From: Phoronis australis
Lineage: Eukaryota; Animalia; Phoronida
Direction of reading: 5' to 3'
Length of the DNA: 64,000 nt
Assembly (NCBI GenBank): GCA_002633005.1
Contig: NMRA01000056.1
Location: 786,137-850,136 of the forward strand
Within the stretch, counting starts at the first letter, position 1; each line of letters starts with the position of its first letter. This document shows positions 62,801 through 64,000 of this stretch, one piece after another. The notes under the pieces were generated by a model, which was given only the letters and a program-made list of their open reading frames with translations, searched no databases and was not told the DNA's origin. The position numbers and the translations under genes are program-made.

Positions 62801-63702
62801 GATGCCCCAACTTGAACAAGGAACGTGGCTTGCAACTGCGCCCCGTGTAAGACCTTGTCTCAGATCCACGTCAAGCTATCGCACCAACATCCAGTCAGTG
62901 TACAAGACCCTTAGAGTGACAGTAGTTCTGTATGACCCATTTCAGCTCCTAATACAGTACAAGCCAGAAGCATTTTGGCAAAATGAACCACGATTCCACA
63001 TCATGACGAGTGGGCGAAAGCCAAATTCATCGTCTGAGTAGTCTCCCCTGATGACTATGAATGAAGGAGTATTAACAGGAGTTTTTTGATATACGAGTTA
63101 GAATGGAGGCCACTAAATAAGGTTGCAGATAACCTTAAAATACTTTGCCATTTAACAAGGTGGATTTACTCAATGGCAGGGCAAGGAACTGAGTTCAATT
63201 CCACACAGCAGCTCTTTTCATCGACAAAGTCCCTTAATGGGTCAACAGGGTGTATTACTGGAAAACAGCAAACAGCTTTGTAAGGGAGCGTGCTGGTATA
63301 GCTCAATGCTAAAAATTTATTTTGCCACAATTGCATGAGAATCTATTCTCAAGTTCCTAGCAAATGATCAGACCACCTAGTCATTGACACCAATGATTAG
63401 GTGGGAACCAGTCAAACGTGTCAGACCAAATACATCTTTACACATTTGTAAGTCCACCACTGACCTATCGCAAGGTCTGCCCCTTTGCGAAAAAAGTCAC
63501 GTGACACCCGACAAACAAACAATAAGTATTACCCGACAACGTGTCGTCACGTAAAATGACGGCTTGGAAACGAAGGTGTGTCACAAATGCAGTGTTCGGA
63601 TCGGTCAGCTAAACCATAACTCAAAATCCTGGCAATAGGTCAATCCTTTCATTTACTTACCATAGGGTGGTTAACTGCTGTCCGCAGCAGAGAGAGGGGT
63701 AA
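59803..63702 (-). CDS. LSM4: U6 snRNA-associated Sm-like protein LSm4 (start-codon exon not identified; probably beyond the right edge)
   Basis: Exons 63702-63661 ([14 protein letters not shown]), 62107-62009 ([33 protein letters not shown]), 61533-61356 ([34 protein letters not shown]...RGG) and 59885-59803 (RGG tail, TAG). GT-AG and phase-consistent; diagnostic Sm1/Sm2 sequence. Confidence 0.97.
62239..62392. mobile_element. Small MITE in an LSM4 intron
   Basis: TCAGTAACGCTAGGACCT inverted as AGGTCCTAGCGTTACTGA. Confidence 0.75.
62448..62549. mobile_element. ~100-bp foldback element, family C (opposite orientation to 39078)
   Basis: GTCTGATATAACGTGCCCGAATTTTGAGAACCAGTTT / AAACTGGTTCTCAAAATGCGGGCACGTTATATCAGAC; near-perfect ~37-bp arms. 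Confidence 0.8.
62953..63080 (+). mobile_element. Family F copy in an LSM4 intron
   Basis: TACAGTACAAGCCAGAAG...GAGTAGTCTCCCCTGATGAC. Confidence 0.55.
63461..63644. mobile_element. MITE family E, copy 2 (inverted), just inside an LSM4 intron
   Basis: TGACCTATCGC ... GCAATAGGTCAAT; shares GACAAACAAACAATAAG and CTTGGAAAC.AAGGTGTGTCA with the reverse complement of copy 1. Confidence 0.75.
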
Positions 63703-64000
63703 CTGAAAGAAAAAATGATTACTTTACTGTACTTGCCAACTATGGTTGGCACCTGATACATGTCTCTGGTGTTTCTGATCAGAGCAGGGGAAGAAAACAG
63801 CCCAGCTATCTATATCTCCACCATTAAAGAAAATGTGCCACATGTCGGTACTAGTAACTAAATTTTAGTACGCCTCAGTCTTCCAATTATACGCAAATCA
63901 TGGGCTTAGGTGAAGTAATGGAAAAAAATAATACGGTAAAAAAAACAACTATTTATGACACAATATGTTGGACAGCCAAAATTTCATTTTCTTATTTTTT

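Overview
AT-rich, intron-rich animal genomic DNA, probably from a marine invertebrate (inferred from gene structure and repeat content; the taxon cannot be fixed from sequence alone). I assembled four spliced protein-coding genes by hand, checking splice phase at each junction. (1) The first two exons of OGFOD1 (minus strand, runs off the left edge). (2) A 40.7-kb, 32-exon minus-strand gene (45521..4847, about 1885 aa) that the ORF track only shows in fragments. It has an N-terminal signal peptide/anchor, three diverged copies of a [SAM-methyltransferase-like + kinase-like] module, a 578-codon low-complexity exon with NNMAD repeats ending at an RRLL motif, and a Cys-rich tail. (3) Complete HM13/signal peptide peptidase (plus strand, 11 exons, 370 aa), head-to-head with gene 2 with only 209 bp between start codons. 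(4) LSM4 (minus strand, start exon beyond the right edge). Introns carry several MITE families, tRNA-derived SINE remnants, a LINE 3' fragment, minisatellites and one gap-flanking duplication that is probably an assembly artefact. The best novelty candidate is the triplicated methyltransferase-kinase secretory-pathway protein. No CRISPR array, rRNA or convincing tRNA was seen.
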